A DNA stretch of 63,728 nt, filler included, from Lama guanicoe (GCA_013239625.1; 206 parts of 206 records of this genome joined end to end with filler, not necessarily neighbours in it), one strand, 5' to 3'; numbered from the whole stretch's first letter, positions 11,963-23,739 are shown. Notes: generated from the letters alone by a model not told the origin. Numbers and translations are program-made.

Positions 11963-14852
11963 NNNNNNNNNNNNNNNNNNNNNNNNNNNNNNNNNNNNNN
12001 NNNNNNTTAATTAATTAANNNNNNNNNNNNNNNNNNNNNNNNNNNNNNNNNNNNNNNNNNNNCAGGGGCTGGTGTGGGGGCTAGAAGGACCTGCACTCCA
12101 TGGAGAGTGCACGGGGCTGGGCAGCTTCTCCTAAACTCAGGGTGCTTCATCGTCTGAGAGGTGGAGGCCAAACACCGAGGCTGCTCTCAGGGTGTTTCCA
12201 ACGTGGATTGTGAGGGGCACCCCACTTGGCTCTCAGAAACGGGGAGGTTATTCCACAGTGCGATGTCAGAGANNNNNNNNNNNNNNNNNNNNNNNNNNNN
12301 NNNNNNNNNNNNNNNNTTAATTAATTAANNNNNNNNNNNNNNNNNNNNNNNNNNNNNNNNNNNNNNNNNNNNGTGTCTGGAGATGGCTTGGAACAATATC
12401 AGCCACGTGGTGGCGCCATCCCGGTCCCCAGCGGCCTCCTGCGTGGAGGACCCAGAAGCCTTTGCCGCTGGGAGCCTCTGCAGTCCCCACAGCCCGTGCG
12501 GACGCCCCATGACTTCCACAGCAGCGGGCTCCGCTCTCTTTGTCAGCACTGGCCCTGGAGACCTGCTCTGTAGGAGACACTGNNNNNNNNNNNNNNNNNN
12601 NNNNNNNNNNNNNNNNNNNNNNNNNNTTAATTAATTAANNNNNNNNNNNNNNNNNNNNNNNNNNNNNNNNNNNNNNNNNNNNCCTGTTCAGACTTCAGGA
12701 GCTCCCTCTTGCTTTGGGAAAAAAGCTAAGACACCTCACCCGGGATACGATCCCACAGTCCCCCCGACACCCACGTGCCATCACCAGACACAGGAGTTTG
12801 TGGCTTTCTCCACAGGCTCTTTCTTGTGTCCATAGCTCTGTTCGCGTTTGTTCCCGTAACACAGTTTCCTCTCCTTTCTAGTCGAACTGGCCNNNNNNNN
12901 NNNNNNNNNNNNNNNNNNNNNNNNNNNNNNNNNNNNTTAATTAATTAANNNNNNNNNNNNNNNNNNNNNNNNNNNNNNNNNNNNNNNNNNNNCACTCTGT
13001 GAGCACCAGGGGCTGGGAGCACCACTTTATGTGCTTTTCGTGCAGGAATTCTGGAACTCTGCTAAGATGCTGCTGCTGCTGGGGTGTCAGGTTCCTGGAA
13101 CAAGGCAGGAAGTTGGGGGGGGGATGCCCTGGGCTGGGCTCAGTGGGGATGATTGGCAGAGACAGGGTCCTTTCTGAGGGGCAAAGAAAGTGAGGAGGGG
13201 TGNNNNNNNNNNNNNNNNNNNNNNNNNNNNNNNNNNNNNNNNNNNNTTAATTAATTAANNNNNNNNNNNNNNNNNNNNNNNNNNNNNNNNNNNNNNNNNN
13301 NNGCGTGTCCTTGTAACATCTTGTCCTGACAGTTAGCGGTGCACACAGCAAGGAGAGAGAGGCCACACCAAGCTCAGGGTTAATCCGTGGACGGCTGTGG
13401 GGATCATAGGAGCCACCCAGCTCTGCTTTCTTAAGTGTGATTGGTTTCTCAGTCTGCTCATCACAAGACCAGCCCCAACATAGCCTTCTCCATGAAGACT
13501 TAACAGCTCGCTNNNNNNNNNNNNNNNNNNNNNNNNNNNNNNNNNNNNNNNNNNNNTTAATTAATTAANNNNNNNNNNNNNNNNNNNNNNNNNNNNNNNN
13601 NNNNNNNNNNNNAGTGATAATGTAAACTCTTGAAGAATTACTTTAAAAGTCTCCTTTTGACGGTCTTTACTTAGATCAGTGATAACCAGAAAACATGAAA
13701 CTCAACTTAAAACCAAACACAAAACAGTGGTCGGACAGGGAGTGTGAAAGGCAGCATGGAATTCTGTTTAGTAAACAACTCCAAGGCTGCTCCAATGAGC
13801 CCACGAGCAGTGGTATCATGACNNNNNNNNNNNNNNNNNNNNNNNNNNNNNNNNNNNNNNNNNNNNTTAATTAATTAANNNNNNNNNNNNNNNNNNNNNN
13901 NNNNNNNNNNNNNNNNNNNNNNAGGTATATTTTCAAGGAGTTTATTTGCAGCCGTGTTTGTAGTTGGCAAAATTTTAGCAGGAAAAAAAAAAGCCCTCAG
14001 TTACTGAATTTTTTAAAGAATGTTACATGCCACATTATTGAATGCCATATAGTCATCATAACAGGTTGATATAAATCTGACACGGAAAGATATTCATAAT
14101 GTATCATTAAATCACAGAAAAACAAATTAAACNNNNNNNNNNNNNNNNNNNNNNNNNNNNNNNNNNNNNNNNNNNNTTAATTAATTAANNNNNNNNNNNN
14201 NNNNNNNNNNNNNNNNNNNNNNNNNNNNNNNNCTATGCCGCAGGGCTGGTTTTAGGGTTAAACAAACAAATGAATGGGAATTGATTAGCCCAGCACCTGG
14301 CTCAGTAGTGGCTGCCGTCTTCTTCCTCCTCCTCGCCACGGGCCCGGCACTGGGCTGAGGGTGGGGACACCAGAGTGAACGGGAACGTGGACACTGCGGT
14401 AAACACTGCTCATTGCCTGCTCTTTATCCAGTCTTTCTCCCTNNNNNNNNNNNNNNNNNNNNNNNNNNNNNNNNNNNNNNNNNNNNTTAATTAATTAANN
14501 NNNNNNNNNNNNNNNNNNNNNNNNNNNNNNNNNNNNNNNNNNGCACGCAGGGACCCATTCATTCAATAGATATTTACTGAACACATATTATTTGCCAGAA
14601 AAAAGTTAAATGTTTAATGATGACAGCTTTGTAGTAGCAATCAAGTGAAAACAAAACCGTTGCTTTAGATGAAAATATAATTCACCTGGAAAAATCTCTC
14701 CCGTGAGTTTTCAGAAGAGTCATGCAATGGATGTCCCTCCATGTATGTCTAGNNNNNNNNNNNNNNNNNNNNNNNNNNNNNNNNNNNNNNNNNNNNTTAA
14801 TTAATTAANNNNNNNNNNNNNNNNNNNNNNNNNNNNNNNNNNNNNNNNNNNN

Positions 14853-15062
14853 ATTTTCTTTATCCATTCATCTGTCGATGGACACAGGTTGTTTCCATAT
14901 CTTGGTTATTGAAAATAATGCTGCAGCGAACATGAGGGCACTATTCTCTCTTTAAAATAGTGATTACATTTCCTTTGGCTATATTCCCAGAAGTGGAATT
15001 GCTGGACCATATGGGAGTTCTATTTTTGAATTTTTGAGGAAACTCCATACTGTCTTCCACAG
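14853..15062 (-). mobile_element. LINE-1 ORF2 3' fragment
   Basis: TTTATCCATTCATCTGTCGATGGACA..GGTTGTTTCCATATCTTGG...CCCAGAAGTGGAATTGCTGGACCATATGG. Confidence 0.9.
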
Positions 15063-15162
15063 NNNNNNNNNNNNNNNNNNNNNNNNNNNNNNNNNNNNNN
15101 NNNNNNTTAATTAATTAANNNNNNNNNNNNNNNNNNNNNNNNNNNNNNNNNNNNNNNNNNNN

Positions 15163-15372
15163 GTGGATTATATCACAAAATTTTGCAATTCAAGAAAAAG
15201 AAAATCAACTGGTAAAAAATGAGACAGGCAAAAAGATATGGATAAATTAACACAGCATTATAAACCGACTATACTTCAAATTTTAAAAAATGTGGATAAA
15301 TACCACACAGCCTTAAGGATGGTAAATAGCCCATGAAAAAATTTCCAACATCACTATTCATTAAGGAAATAC
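15163..15372 (+). mobile_element. Old LINE-1 ORF2 fragment interrupted by a short L1 3' tail
   Basis: GGCAAAAAGATATG...TAAATAGCCCATGAAAAAAT..CCAACATCACTA; insert 15248-15289 is flanked by AT(A/G)TGGATAAAT. Confidence 0.65.
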
Positions 15373-15613
15373 NNNNNNNNNNNNNNNNNNNNNNNNNNNN
15401 NNNNNNNNNNNNNNNNTTAATTAATTAANNNNNNNNNNNNNNNNNNNNNNNNNNNNNNNNNNNNNNNNNNNNGTTAATCAATTAGCTAGCCCTCTCCTGT
15501 ACCCTACAAAGAAAGTTTCCTCAACTGATACCAATAATCCCAGTAAACTTAATATAACTACCAATAATTAAATGTATGGAAATAAATTTTAAACATTAGA
15601 ATCTATGTAAAAC

Positions 15614-15681
15614 GGTGGCAGAACATAGCTCTAGTGGTAAAGCACATGCCCAGCATGCATGAGGTCCTGGGTTCAATCCCA
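15614..15681 (+). mobile_element. Camelid-type tRNA-derived SINE, 5' part
   Basis: CATAGCTCTAGTGGTAAAGCACATGCCCAGCATGCATGAGGTCCTGGGTTCAATCCC: A box and B box, tRNA-Ala-like. Confidence 0.85.
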
Positions 15682-16401
15682 NNNNNNNNNNNNNNNNNNN
15701 NNNNNNNNNNNNNNNNNNNNNNNNNTTAATTAATTAANNNNNNNNNNNNNNNNNNNNNNNNNNNNNNNNNNNNNNNNNNNNGAAAAGGGAAGGAGGGCCC
15801 TTCTGGTTCAGAAAATATGGCAGACCAGAAACGTGAAGACACACTCACTAAAGACAAATAAAATCGTAGGACACAATGCCGCCAATCTTTGTTTTTTTTT
15901 TTAACTGTCACCTTTATTGTGTTATGATTCCTATATAGTAAATTACGCATATTTTACATGTACTATTTGATGAATTTGATAGATGTCTACANNNNNNNNN
16001 NNNNNNNNNNNNNNNNNNNNNNNNNNNNNNNNNNNTTAATTAATTAANNNNNNNNNNNNNNNNNNNNNNNNNNNNNNNNNNNNNNNNNNNNTCCAATATC
16101 TTCCCCTAAGAAACCATTCAAGCTTTCAGAGAGATTAATCAACTGTGAAGCTGACGAGAGAATCAATAAATGGTTGTACTTATGTACTGGTTTGATTCTG
16201 CACTCTGCTAGTCTATTTCAGCATATAAATTAATAATAAGAGGCAGTGGGGTTAAAAACAATTCCCCTATTTCTCCAAACTGAAATAAGCTCCCAACTCT
16301 CNNNNNNNNNNNNNNNNNNNNNNNNNNNNNNNNNNNNNNNNNNNNTTAATTAATTAANNNNNNNNNNNNNNNNNNNNNNNNNNNNNNNNNNNNNNNNNNN
16401 N

Positions 16402-16610
16402 CAAGTGTTCCCCTGTAGGGGAGTTCCCTAAGTACTTCCTCAGTCAATCGTTTGGCACAAGCTGCTACTTGGTCTCCAAGCCCAACCCCCAGCTTTCGCT
16501 AGCAGCCCGGCCTAGGATTACACTTAAGTAATGCAAGGTGAGTTATTCTATTAGAAAGCAAGCGCTGCTGTCAGTTGGAGGAACTTCCACACACTCAGGA
16601 TTACGGATCC
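16402..16610 (+). repeat. Unassigned satellite-like repeat, copy 1
   Basis: Homologous along its length to the reverse complement of 56390-56598; about 51 of 66 bases identical at the 3' end by hand alignment. Confidence 0.65.
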
Positions 16611-16710
16611 NNNNNNNNNNNNNNNNNNNNNNNNNNNNNNNNNNNNNNNNNNNNTTAATTAATTAANNNNNNNNNNNNNNNNNNNNNNNNNNNNNNNNNN
16701 NNNNNNNNNN

Positions 16711-16917
16711 AGGAGTGTGCAGACAAGAGGAGTGTGCAGGCCGAGGAGCGTGCAGGCCCCGGTGTGTCAGGCACAGGAGTGTGCAGGCGCACAAGTGTTC
16801 AGTCCCAGAAGGGTGATGGCACAGGAGGGAGCAGTCCAGAAGTGTATAGATCCAGGACTGTGCAGGCATACGATAGGTCAGGCCCAGGAGTGTGCATGTC
16901 CAGGAGAGTGCCGGCCG
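16711..16917 (+). repeat. Degenerate ~16-bp minisatellite (AGGAGTGTGCAGGCCC-like)
   Basis: About 13 diverged units, e.g. AGGAGCGTGCAGGCCC, AGGACTGTGCAGGCAT, AGGAGTGTGCATGTCC. Confidence 0.85.
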
Positions 16918-17640
16918 AACNNNNNNNNNNNNNNNNNNNNNNNNNNNNNNNNNNNNNNNNNNNNTTAATTAATTAANNNNNNNNNNNNNNNNNNNNNNNN
17001 NNNNNNNNNNNNNNNNNNNNTAAACATACTGCACGGTTTTCAGCATTCACTTCTCTAGAGGTAAGTTTTTTTGGAACGTGCTTGTCTCCAGTGTATCTTT
17101 GCTTTACCCTTGTCATTGTTGCACATTCTGGTTCAGCGTCCCACCTCCTTTCTTACCACTCTTTCTTAAATATCTGAACCACACTGAGGCTATCATTATT
17201 CTGAAAGTAGGGCAAGGTATCTGCTTCTGTNNNNNNNNNNNNNNNNNNNNNNNNNNNNNNNNNNNNNNNNNNNNTTAATTAATTAANNNNNNNNNNNNNN
17301 NNNNNNNNNNNNNNNNNNNNNNNNNNNNNNCAAAGTTAATATAGTCTCAAGTGTTCTCCTCTGGTTCTTCTTTAAAAAAATGAATTTGAGGGATTATTTA
17401 TTCATCCACGCATTCAATCAAAAGCTGACTGTTTACCAGTTATTACACTAGGCACTGGAGATAACAAGATAAATGCCGGGCTTCTGACTGTAGCAAAATC
17501 CCACCTCACAAAATACCCAGTTACTCATAATATCACTCTTNNNNNNNNNNNNNNNNNNNNNNNNNNNNNNNNNNNNNNNNNNNNTTAATTAATTAANNNN
17601 NNNNNNNNNNNNNNNNNNNNNNNNNNNNNNNNNNNNNNNN

Positions 17641-17712
17641 ATATACTGAATCACCCTGCTGTACACCTGAAACTAACACAACACAGTAAATCAAATATAC
17701 ATCAATAAAATG
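17641..17712 (+). mobile_element. LINE-1 3' end
   Basis: ACTGAATCAC..TGCTGTACACCTGAAACTAACACAACA..GTAAATCAA.TATAC.TCAATAAAA. Confidence 0.85.
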
Positions 17713-17950
17713 TTTTGAAAATGCAGCTGTAAAGAGCAATACAGTCATGGTGTGAGCTGCCAGGCCCAGTGAAGGAATTTTGAAAGGTGAATGATTTAAA
17801 AAATAATTCCTAATACTCTGAGATAACTATTTCCAGGATGGTGCAATTTTNNNNNNNNNNNNNNNNNNNNNNNNNNNNNNNNNNNNNNNNNNNNTTAATT
17901 AATTAANNNNNNNNNNNNNNNNNNNNNNNNNNNNNNNNNNNNNNNNNNNN

Positions 17951-18160
17951 TCAGGGAGCTGCGAGGTGAGGCGCAGCCACACGGCCCGTGACGCCGGGCC
18001 GGGGCATCGTGCGCAGTGCTGCGGCGCGGGGGCTCGCGGCCCGGCCGCCTCTCCCGGCCTCGAGCGTGCAGGTCAGAAGGCGGGCGAGGAGCGGCAGAGA
18101 CGGCCTGGGCGGTCGCTTTCTCTGTGCTCAGAGCGAGCCGGATCGGGCTTCACACGGGTT
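17951..18160. promoter_or_regulatory. CpG-island fragment, possibly a first exon/intron boundary
   Basis: Very GC- and CpG-rich; GAG|GTGAGG donor-like motif at about 17963-17971. Confidence 0.6.
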
Positions 18161-18260
18161 NNNNNNNNNNNNNNNNNNNNNNNNNNNNNNNNNNNNNNNN
18201 NNNNTTAATTAATTAANNNNNNNNNNNNNNNNNNNNNNNNNNNNNNNNNNNNNNNNNNNN

Positions 18261-18469
18261 TTCCACAAACAGTAAATGCTGGAGAGGGTGTGGAGAAAAG
18301 GGAACCCTCACACAGGGTTCTTGGGAATGTAGTTTGGTGCAGCCGTTATGGAAAACAGTATGGAGATCCTTCAAAAAACTACAGACTTATCATATGATCC
18401 AGCAATCCCAGGCAAATATGCAGAGGGAACTCTAATTCAAAAAGATACACACACCCCAATGTTCATAGC
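18261..18469 (+). mobile_element. LINE-1 ORF2 C-terminal fragment
   Basis: TAAATGCTGGAGAGGGTGTGGAGAAAAGGGAACCCTC...GGTGCAGCC..TATGGAAAACAGTATGGAG...ATATGATCCAGCAATCCCA. Confidence 0.9.
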
Positions 18470-18604
18470 NNNNNNNNNNNNNNNNNNNNNNNNNNNNNNN
18501 NNNNNNNNNNNNNTTAATTAATTAANNNNNNNNNNNNNNNNNNNNNNNNNNNNNNNNNNNNNNNNNNNNTATTGTTATGGATGCAGTGTCATCACCATGG
18601 TAAC

Positions 18605-18779
18605 AGCTGACCTCTGTTAAGTACCTCTCTGTTCCAGGCACCATGCTGTGAATTAGGTCTTTCGGTTCGCTGGACAACCTTATGAAGGATAAGTACCACA
18701 GTAGTCTCTTTTTCTGAAGAGGAGAAAACTGAGGCACAGAGAGGTTAAGTGACTTGCCCAACCTCACACAGCAAGCACA
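18605..18779 (-). mobile_element. MIR SINE
   Basis: GAAAACTGAGGCACAGAGAGGTTAAGTGACTTGCCCAA, the MIR core in reverse. Confidence 0.9.
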
Positions 18780-18924
18780 NNNNNNNNNNNNNNNNNNNNN
18801 NNNNNNNNNNNNNNNNNNNNNNNTTAATTAATTAANNNNNNNNNNNNNNNNNNNNNNNNNNNNNNNNNNNNNNNNNNNNGACAGCACAGTTCAGAACAAG
18901 GAAGAGCAAGAGGACAACAAAGCC

Positions 18925-19089
18925 ATGCTTGGGTGCTTGGGCTCCCTGGCGGCGGCCCTCTGGGGCGTGCTCAGTCTCCGCACCCTCCTGCTGGGTGCCA
19001 TAGCCTTTCTTTTCTTTACTGATTTCATCAGAAAACGTCACCCAAAGAACTACCCGCCTGGACCCCTGCGCCTGCCCTTCGTAGGACAT
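18925..19089 (+). CDS. CYP2J2: Cytochrome P450 2J family, exon 1 (partial; truncated by contig end)
   Basis: gccATG start; MLGCLGSLAAALWGVLSLRTLLLGAIAFLFFTDFIRKRHPKNYPPGPLRLPFVGH matches the CYP2J N-terminus (GSLAAALW..RTLLLG..PKNYPPGP.RLPF): signal-anchor, basic linker and proline-rich hinge. Which paralogue cannot be told. Confidence 0.93.
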
Positions 19090-19685
19090 NNNNNNNNNNN
19101 NNNNNNNNNNNNNNNNNNNNNNNNNNNNNNNNNTTAATTAATTAANNNNNNNNNNNNNNNNNNNNNNNNNNNNNNNNNNNNNNNNNNNNAAAAAAAAAAA
19201 GAGTTGCGTCTCCTTGTTTGAGTTTAAATCTAGCTTCAGATTCCTGGTACACACTTAAAAACTTTTATAAACCAATGTATAACAAGCACAATCTAATATA
19301 ATGCAAATTGAGTACCTGAGCACTGAGAGGGAGAAAAGTGAAGAAGCTGTTAGCGTGACAGGAAGTTCACCACTGATCATCTGAACTCCCTAACACCAGN
19401 NNNNNNNNNNNNNNNNNNNNNNNNNNNNNNNNNNNNNNNNNNNTTAATTAATTAANNNNNNNNNNNNNNNNNNNNNNNNNNNNNNNNNNNNNNNNNNNNC
19501 AAAATAAATAATGAAAGCCTAATGTCAAAATATTTAATAACTTTTAAAAGGTAACCCCCAGGACTAACACTCCTAACATTCTCTCTCAATGTGGAAAAAT
19601 CACTCAGTTTAAGCCCCTGTCCGTTTCTGGAGAATACTTTTGCACCAAGTGAGGATTTGGTGACTGTGGATGTGTGGGCGTGAGA

Positions 19686-19709
19686 GTGTGTGTGTGTGTG
19701 TGTGTGTGT
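19686..19709. repeat. (GT)n microsatellite at contig end
   Basis: Direct reading. Confidence 0.9.
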
Positions 19710-19809
19710 NNNNNNNNNNNNNNNNNNNNNNNNNNNNNNNNNNNNNNNNNNNNTTAATTAATTAANNNNNNNNNNNNNNNNNNNNNNNNNNNNNNNNNNN
19801 NNNNNNNNN

Positions 19810-19920
19810 CCAATCTGTGCCTGGATTTCTGATCCATAGAAACTGTGAGATAAGACATTTGCCTTTCTTTAAACTGCTACATGTTTGGGGTAATTTATTC
19901 ATAGCAGTAAATCACGAACA
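19810..19920 (+). mobile_element. MaLR LTR (MLT1) 3' end
   Basis: CCTGGATTTCTGATCCATAGAAACTGTGAGATAA...TTTGGGGTAATTTATTCATAGCAG. Confidence 0.7.
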
Positions 19921-21049
19921 CGCTTTGTTTTTTCTTTGCCCATTCGAACCTATGTTCCTTTATTACAAGTGTTGAATTCTCCTCTCTGTTTCTTCCCTTG
20001 GCTTGACACACACACACACNNNNNNNNNNNNNNNNNNNNNNNNNNNNNNNNNNNNNNNNNNNNTTAATTAATTAANNNNNNNNNNNNNNNNNNNNNNNNN
20101 NNNNNNNNNNNNNNNNNNNAGGCAGTGGCTGGCTATGGGGTCTGCCCATGGGTGCCTGTGGATTTGCTACAAACTCCCCAGAGCATGGCCTGAGCTTGGC
20201 CTCTGCTGCCCCAGGTTTGTGGAACTCATTTTAGAGGTCAGCCTGCTCCTGGAAGGCGGGTGCTGTGCTGTCTGGGAACAGCGGCGGCTGCAATGGCGTG
20301 ATTGGTGCTGCCTTGTGAGAGCGCAGGGGNNNNNNNNNNNNNNNNNNNNNNNNNNNNNNNNNNNNNNNNNNNNTTAATTAATTAANNNNNNNNNNNNNNN
20401 NNNNNNNNNNNNNNNNNNNNNNNNNNNNNACATTTACTATTAAAAAGGTACAAAATACGAGAAAGAAAATACATATGCGACAAGGAAGACCTCAGTAGTC
20501 ACAGGGGATGTAGGTGTACCTCACTCTGCTAAGACTGAGTCCCCCACATGCCAGGTTCTAAAGAGTCATACTAAGCTTCTGCCTACCTCGTTCCCCTACG
20601 AGCACCCACTTGGGTCTCAGGGTGGAGGCTGAGCCACTCNNNNNNNNNNNNNNNNNNNNNNNNNNNNNNNNNNNNNNNNNNNNTTAATTAATTAANNNNN
20701 NNNNNNNNNNNNNNNNNNNNNNNNNNNNNNNNNNNNNNNACCCTGATTAAAATTACATTTCAGAGGGACATATTATACCTCCACTTACGGGAAGGCCACC
20801 TGGTGAGCGATCTGAAAGGCCTGGCGGCCCCGCAGGTATGCTGGCCCAGGATGTATGTGGGCTCTCAGCACTTAGTCAGTCTCATGGAGTGAGTCGCTGA
20901 CTGTGGAAACAGCCCTGTCCTGGTGGATACAGAGGTCACCTGGTATAACNNNNNNNNNNNNNNNNNNNNNNNNNNNNNNNNNNNNNNNNNNNNTTAATTA
21001 ATTAANNNNNNNNNNNNNNNNNNNNNNNNNNNNNNNNNNNNNNNNNNNN

Positions 21050-21259
21050 GCTATAATCACCATCTTACACATTAGATCCCCAAACTTGTTCATCTTTACA
21101 ACTAGAAGTTTGTATCTTTTGACCAAAATCTCCCTGTTTTCCCCACCCTGCAATCTCTGGTAACCACCACTCTACTGTTTCCCTGAGTTTGGTTTTTTTT
21201 TTTAATTTCTCATATATGTGAGGTTATACAGTATTTGTCTTTCTCTGTCTAACTTATTC
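21050..21259 (-). mobile_element. LINE-1 (L1MA9-like) 3'UTR
   Basis: TACACATTAGATCCCCAAACTT...GAAGTTTGTATCTTTTGACCAA...CTCTGGTAACCACCACTCTACT. Confidence 0.85.
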
Positions 21260-22289
21260 NNNNNNNNNNNNNNNNNNNNNNNNNNNNNNNNNNNNNNNNN
21301 NNNTTAATTAATTAANNNNNNNNNNNNNNNNNNNNNNNNNNNNNNNNNNNNNNNNNNNNCTGGTAAAGTTTTTCTAGTAGAGGTCATATAGTTGTTAAAA
21401 ATCATTAATGGAGTGTTAAAGAAGTTTAAGAAAAGGATCAAGTCTGAGGGAAATAGCAGCATATATAAGCTGGAAGGGGTGTGAAGCAGTATGACCAGTA
21501 GCTCAGCACAGCTGGAGAACAGAATATGACTGAGAATAAGTGGAAATGATAAACGGTAAAGATGGACAGNNNNNNNNNNNNNNNNNNNNNNNNNNNNNNN
21601 NNNNNNNNNNNNNTTAATTAATTAANNNNNNNNNNNNNNNNNNNNNNNNNNNNNNNNNNNNNNNNNNNNGACTCTGGCTTGGTTAGTGGTTGGTCACTCT
21701 GGCAAGAGAAGAATAAACTGAACAAAACAGGGGCAAAATGGTGCTGCCCGGTGTGGGGCCACATATCTCAGCCACACCTGGATTTTCCTGCGTGCTCTCT
21801 CTCACTGAGTCTTAAGCCCTATCTCGTACATTTCTGTTACACAACTTTACTGTTGCCTAACAAAATGGAACTAACACATNNNNNNNNNNNNNNNNNNNNN
21901 NNNNNNNNNNNNNNNNNNNNNNNTTAATTAATTAANNNNNNNNNNNNNNNNNNNNNNNNNNNNNNNNNNNNNNNNNNNNTCTTATTTGGCATATAAATAC
22001 TTCCCATAACCCTAGAGATTCCCACTGACAAATTTATTAAATGTATCTTATCCAGAATTTTAATGTTTCTGTAAATCTTCACCATCTGTTGTACCATCTA
22101 GTTGCAAATGTGGAGCAAACATAATTCATGATTGTATCATAATAAATTTAGATAAGTGATTTTAATGCACTTGAAAATGTTGTATTCAANNNNNNNNNNN
22201 NNNNNNNNNNNNNNNNNNNNNNNNNNNNNNNNNTTAATTAATTAANNNNNNNNNNNNNNNNNNNNNNNNNNNNNNNNNNNNNNNNNNNN

Positions 22290-22499
22290 TCACTCAGTGA
22301 CACTGGGTTATACAAGACTCTAACTTCCCTCTTGCTCCCATTCTCTCTCTCTCCTTCACTCTCTCTTGCTCACTCTGAGGGATCCAGCTGCCATGTTGTT
22401 AGCTTCCCTATGAAGAGGCCCACATGACAAGGAACCAAGGGCAGCCTCCAGCCAACATCCAGGGAGGAACTGGAGCCCTCAGTCCAACAGCCACAGGAA
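22290..22499 (+). mobile_element. MaLR LTR (MLT1E/F-like)
   Basis: CCAGCTGCCATGTTGT...CCCTATGAAGAGGCCCACATGACAAGGAAC...CCCTCAGTCCAACAGCC. Confidence 0.8.
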
Positions 22500-22599
22500 N
22501 NNNNNNNNNNNNNNNNNNNNNNNNNNNNNNNNNNNNNNNNNNNTTAATTAATTAANNNNNNNNNNNNNNNNNNNNNNNNNNNNNNNNNNNNNNNNNNNN

Positions 22600-22809
22600 C
22601 GATTTTTAGTGAGCCTCTGTTAACTGCACACATGTTTCTCAGTGTTTTCCTGCCCTCTTCAGTGGGATAGGATGTCTAGGGTGGGCTTGAGTGCGACATT
22701 TCCCTTTCCCAGGTCAGTTAGGCTCTGATAGAACCTCAGCATGTTAACTAGTTAATGAGGGCAGGTCTAGTTAAGAAAAACAGAGGTTCTGGCATATTTA
22801 AAGATGGTT
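22600..22809 (-). mobile_element. Ancient LINE-1 5' region fragment
   Basis: ATTTCCCTTTCCCAGGTCAGTTAGGCTCTGATA...GAGGGCAGG...GTTAAGAAAAACAGA..TTCTGGCATATTT. Confidence 0.55.
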
Positions 22810-23644
22810 NNNNNNNNNNNNNNNNNNNNNNNNNNNNNNNNNNNNNNNNNNNNTTAATTAATTAANNNNNNNNNNNNNNNNNNNNNNNNNNNNNNNNNNN
22901 NNNNNNNNNACAGTATGCAGCAGGATTCATCTTCCTTTATGATAGTGACTGATGTCATGTGCAACCTGATTGTTTTGGTCATACAATCTTACAGTAGTTC
23001 AGGGGTTTCATTTTAGTTTTATTAGTATGAACTCTAATTTTAATTTACCTTATGAGACAGTGTTGAATTACTTCATTCTTTTATAATTTGTTTTAACCTC
23101 TTCTTGGTATATATTTTTTNNNNNNNNNNNNNNNNNNNNNNNNNNNNNNNNNNNNNNNNNNNNTTAATTAATTAANNNNNNNNNNNNNNNNNNNNNNNNN
23201 NNNNNNNNNNNNNNNNNNNGCTATTCATACAAATATATACTCATATATACATTCATATTCATATATATATGCTTATATATTACATTGATAATTTGTGAAG
23301 TTAAATAATTTGATAATTACTGCTCAGTTTTTCTAGAGTTGGATTTCAACCGGTATCTGTATAACTGTGAAGCCTGCATGTTCTTAACTCCCAAGCTCTC
23401 TTATCTTTTATGATAAGGGTCCAAATTTTNNNNNNNNNNNNNNNNNNNNNNNNNNNNNNNNNNNNNNNNNNNNTTAATTAATTAANNNNNNNNNNNNNNN
23501 NNNNNNNNNNNNNNNNNNNNNNNNNNNNNGGCTACAATACAGGAATTTTGAAAGAGATGCAATTCAACTCATAAGAGATTCTTATTTTTGCATCTTTTGG
23601 AGAACATTTGTGCTTCCGTGGAAAACTATGCATTCTTTATAGAG

Positions 23645-23739
23645 TGGGGTCAGCAAACTACAGCCAGTAGTCTGGACATGGCCTGCCACTCAGGCTTATA
23701 AATAAAGTTTTATTGGCACAAGGCTACTCTCATTGCTTC
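23645..23739. mobile_element. MER58A (hAT-Charlie) fragment
   Basis: GGGGTCAGCAAACTACAGCC...GGCCTGCC...TAAATAAAGTTTTATTGG. Confidence 0.7.

Noticed and set aside
12373..12582. Four overlapping open frames on both strands
   Set aside because: Expected by chance in 210 bp of GC-rich DNA; no recognisable protein.
15614..15681. tRNA-Ala gene
   Set aside because: The stems are degenerate and the sequence matches the tRNA-derived SINE seen elsewhere in the window.
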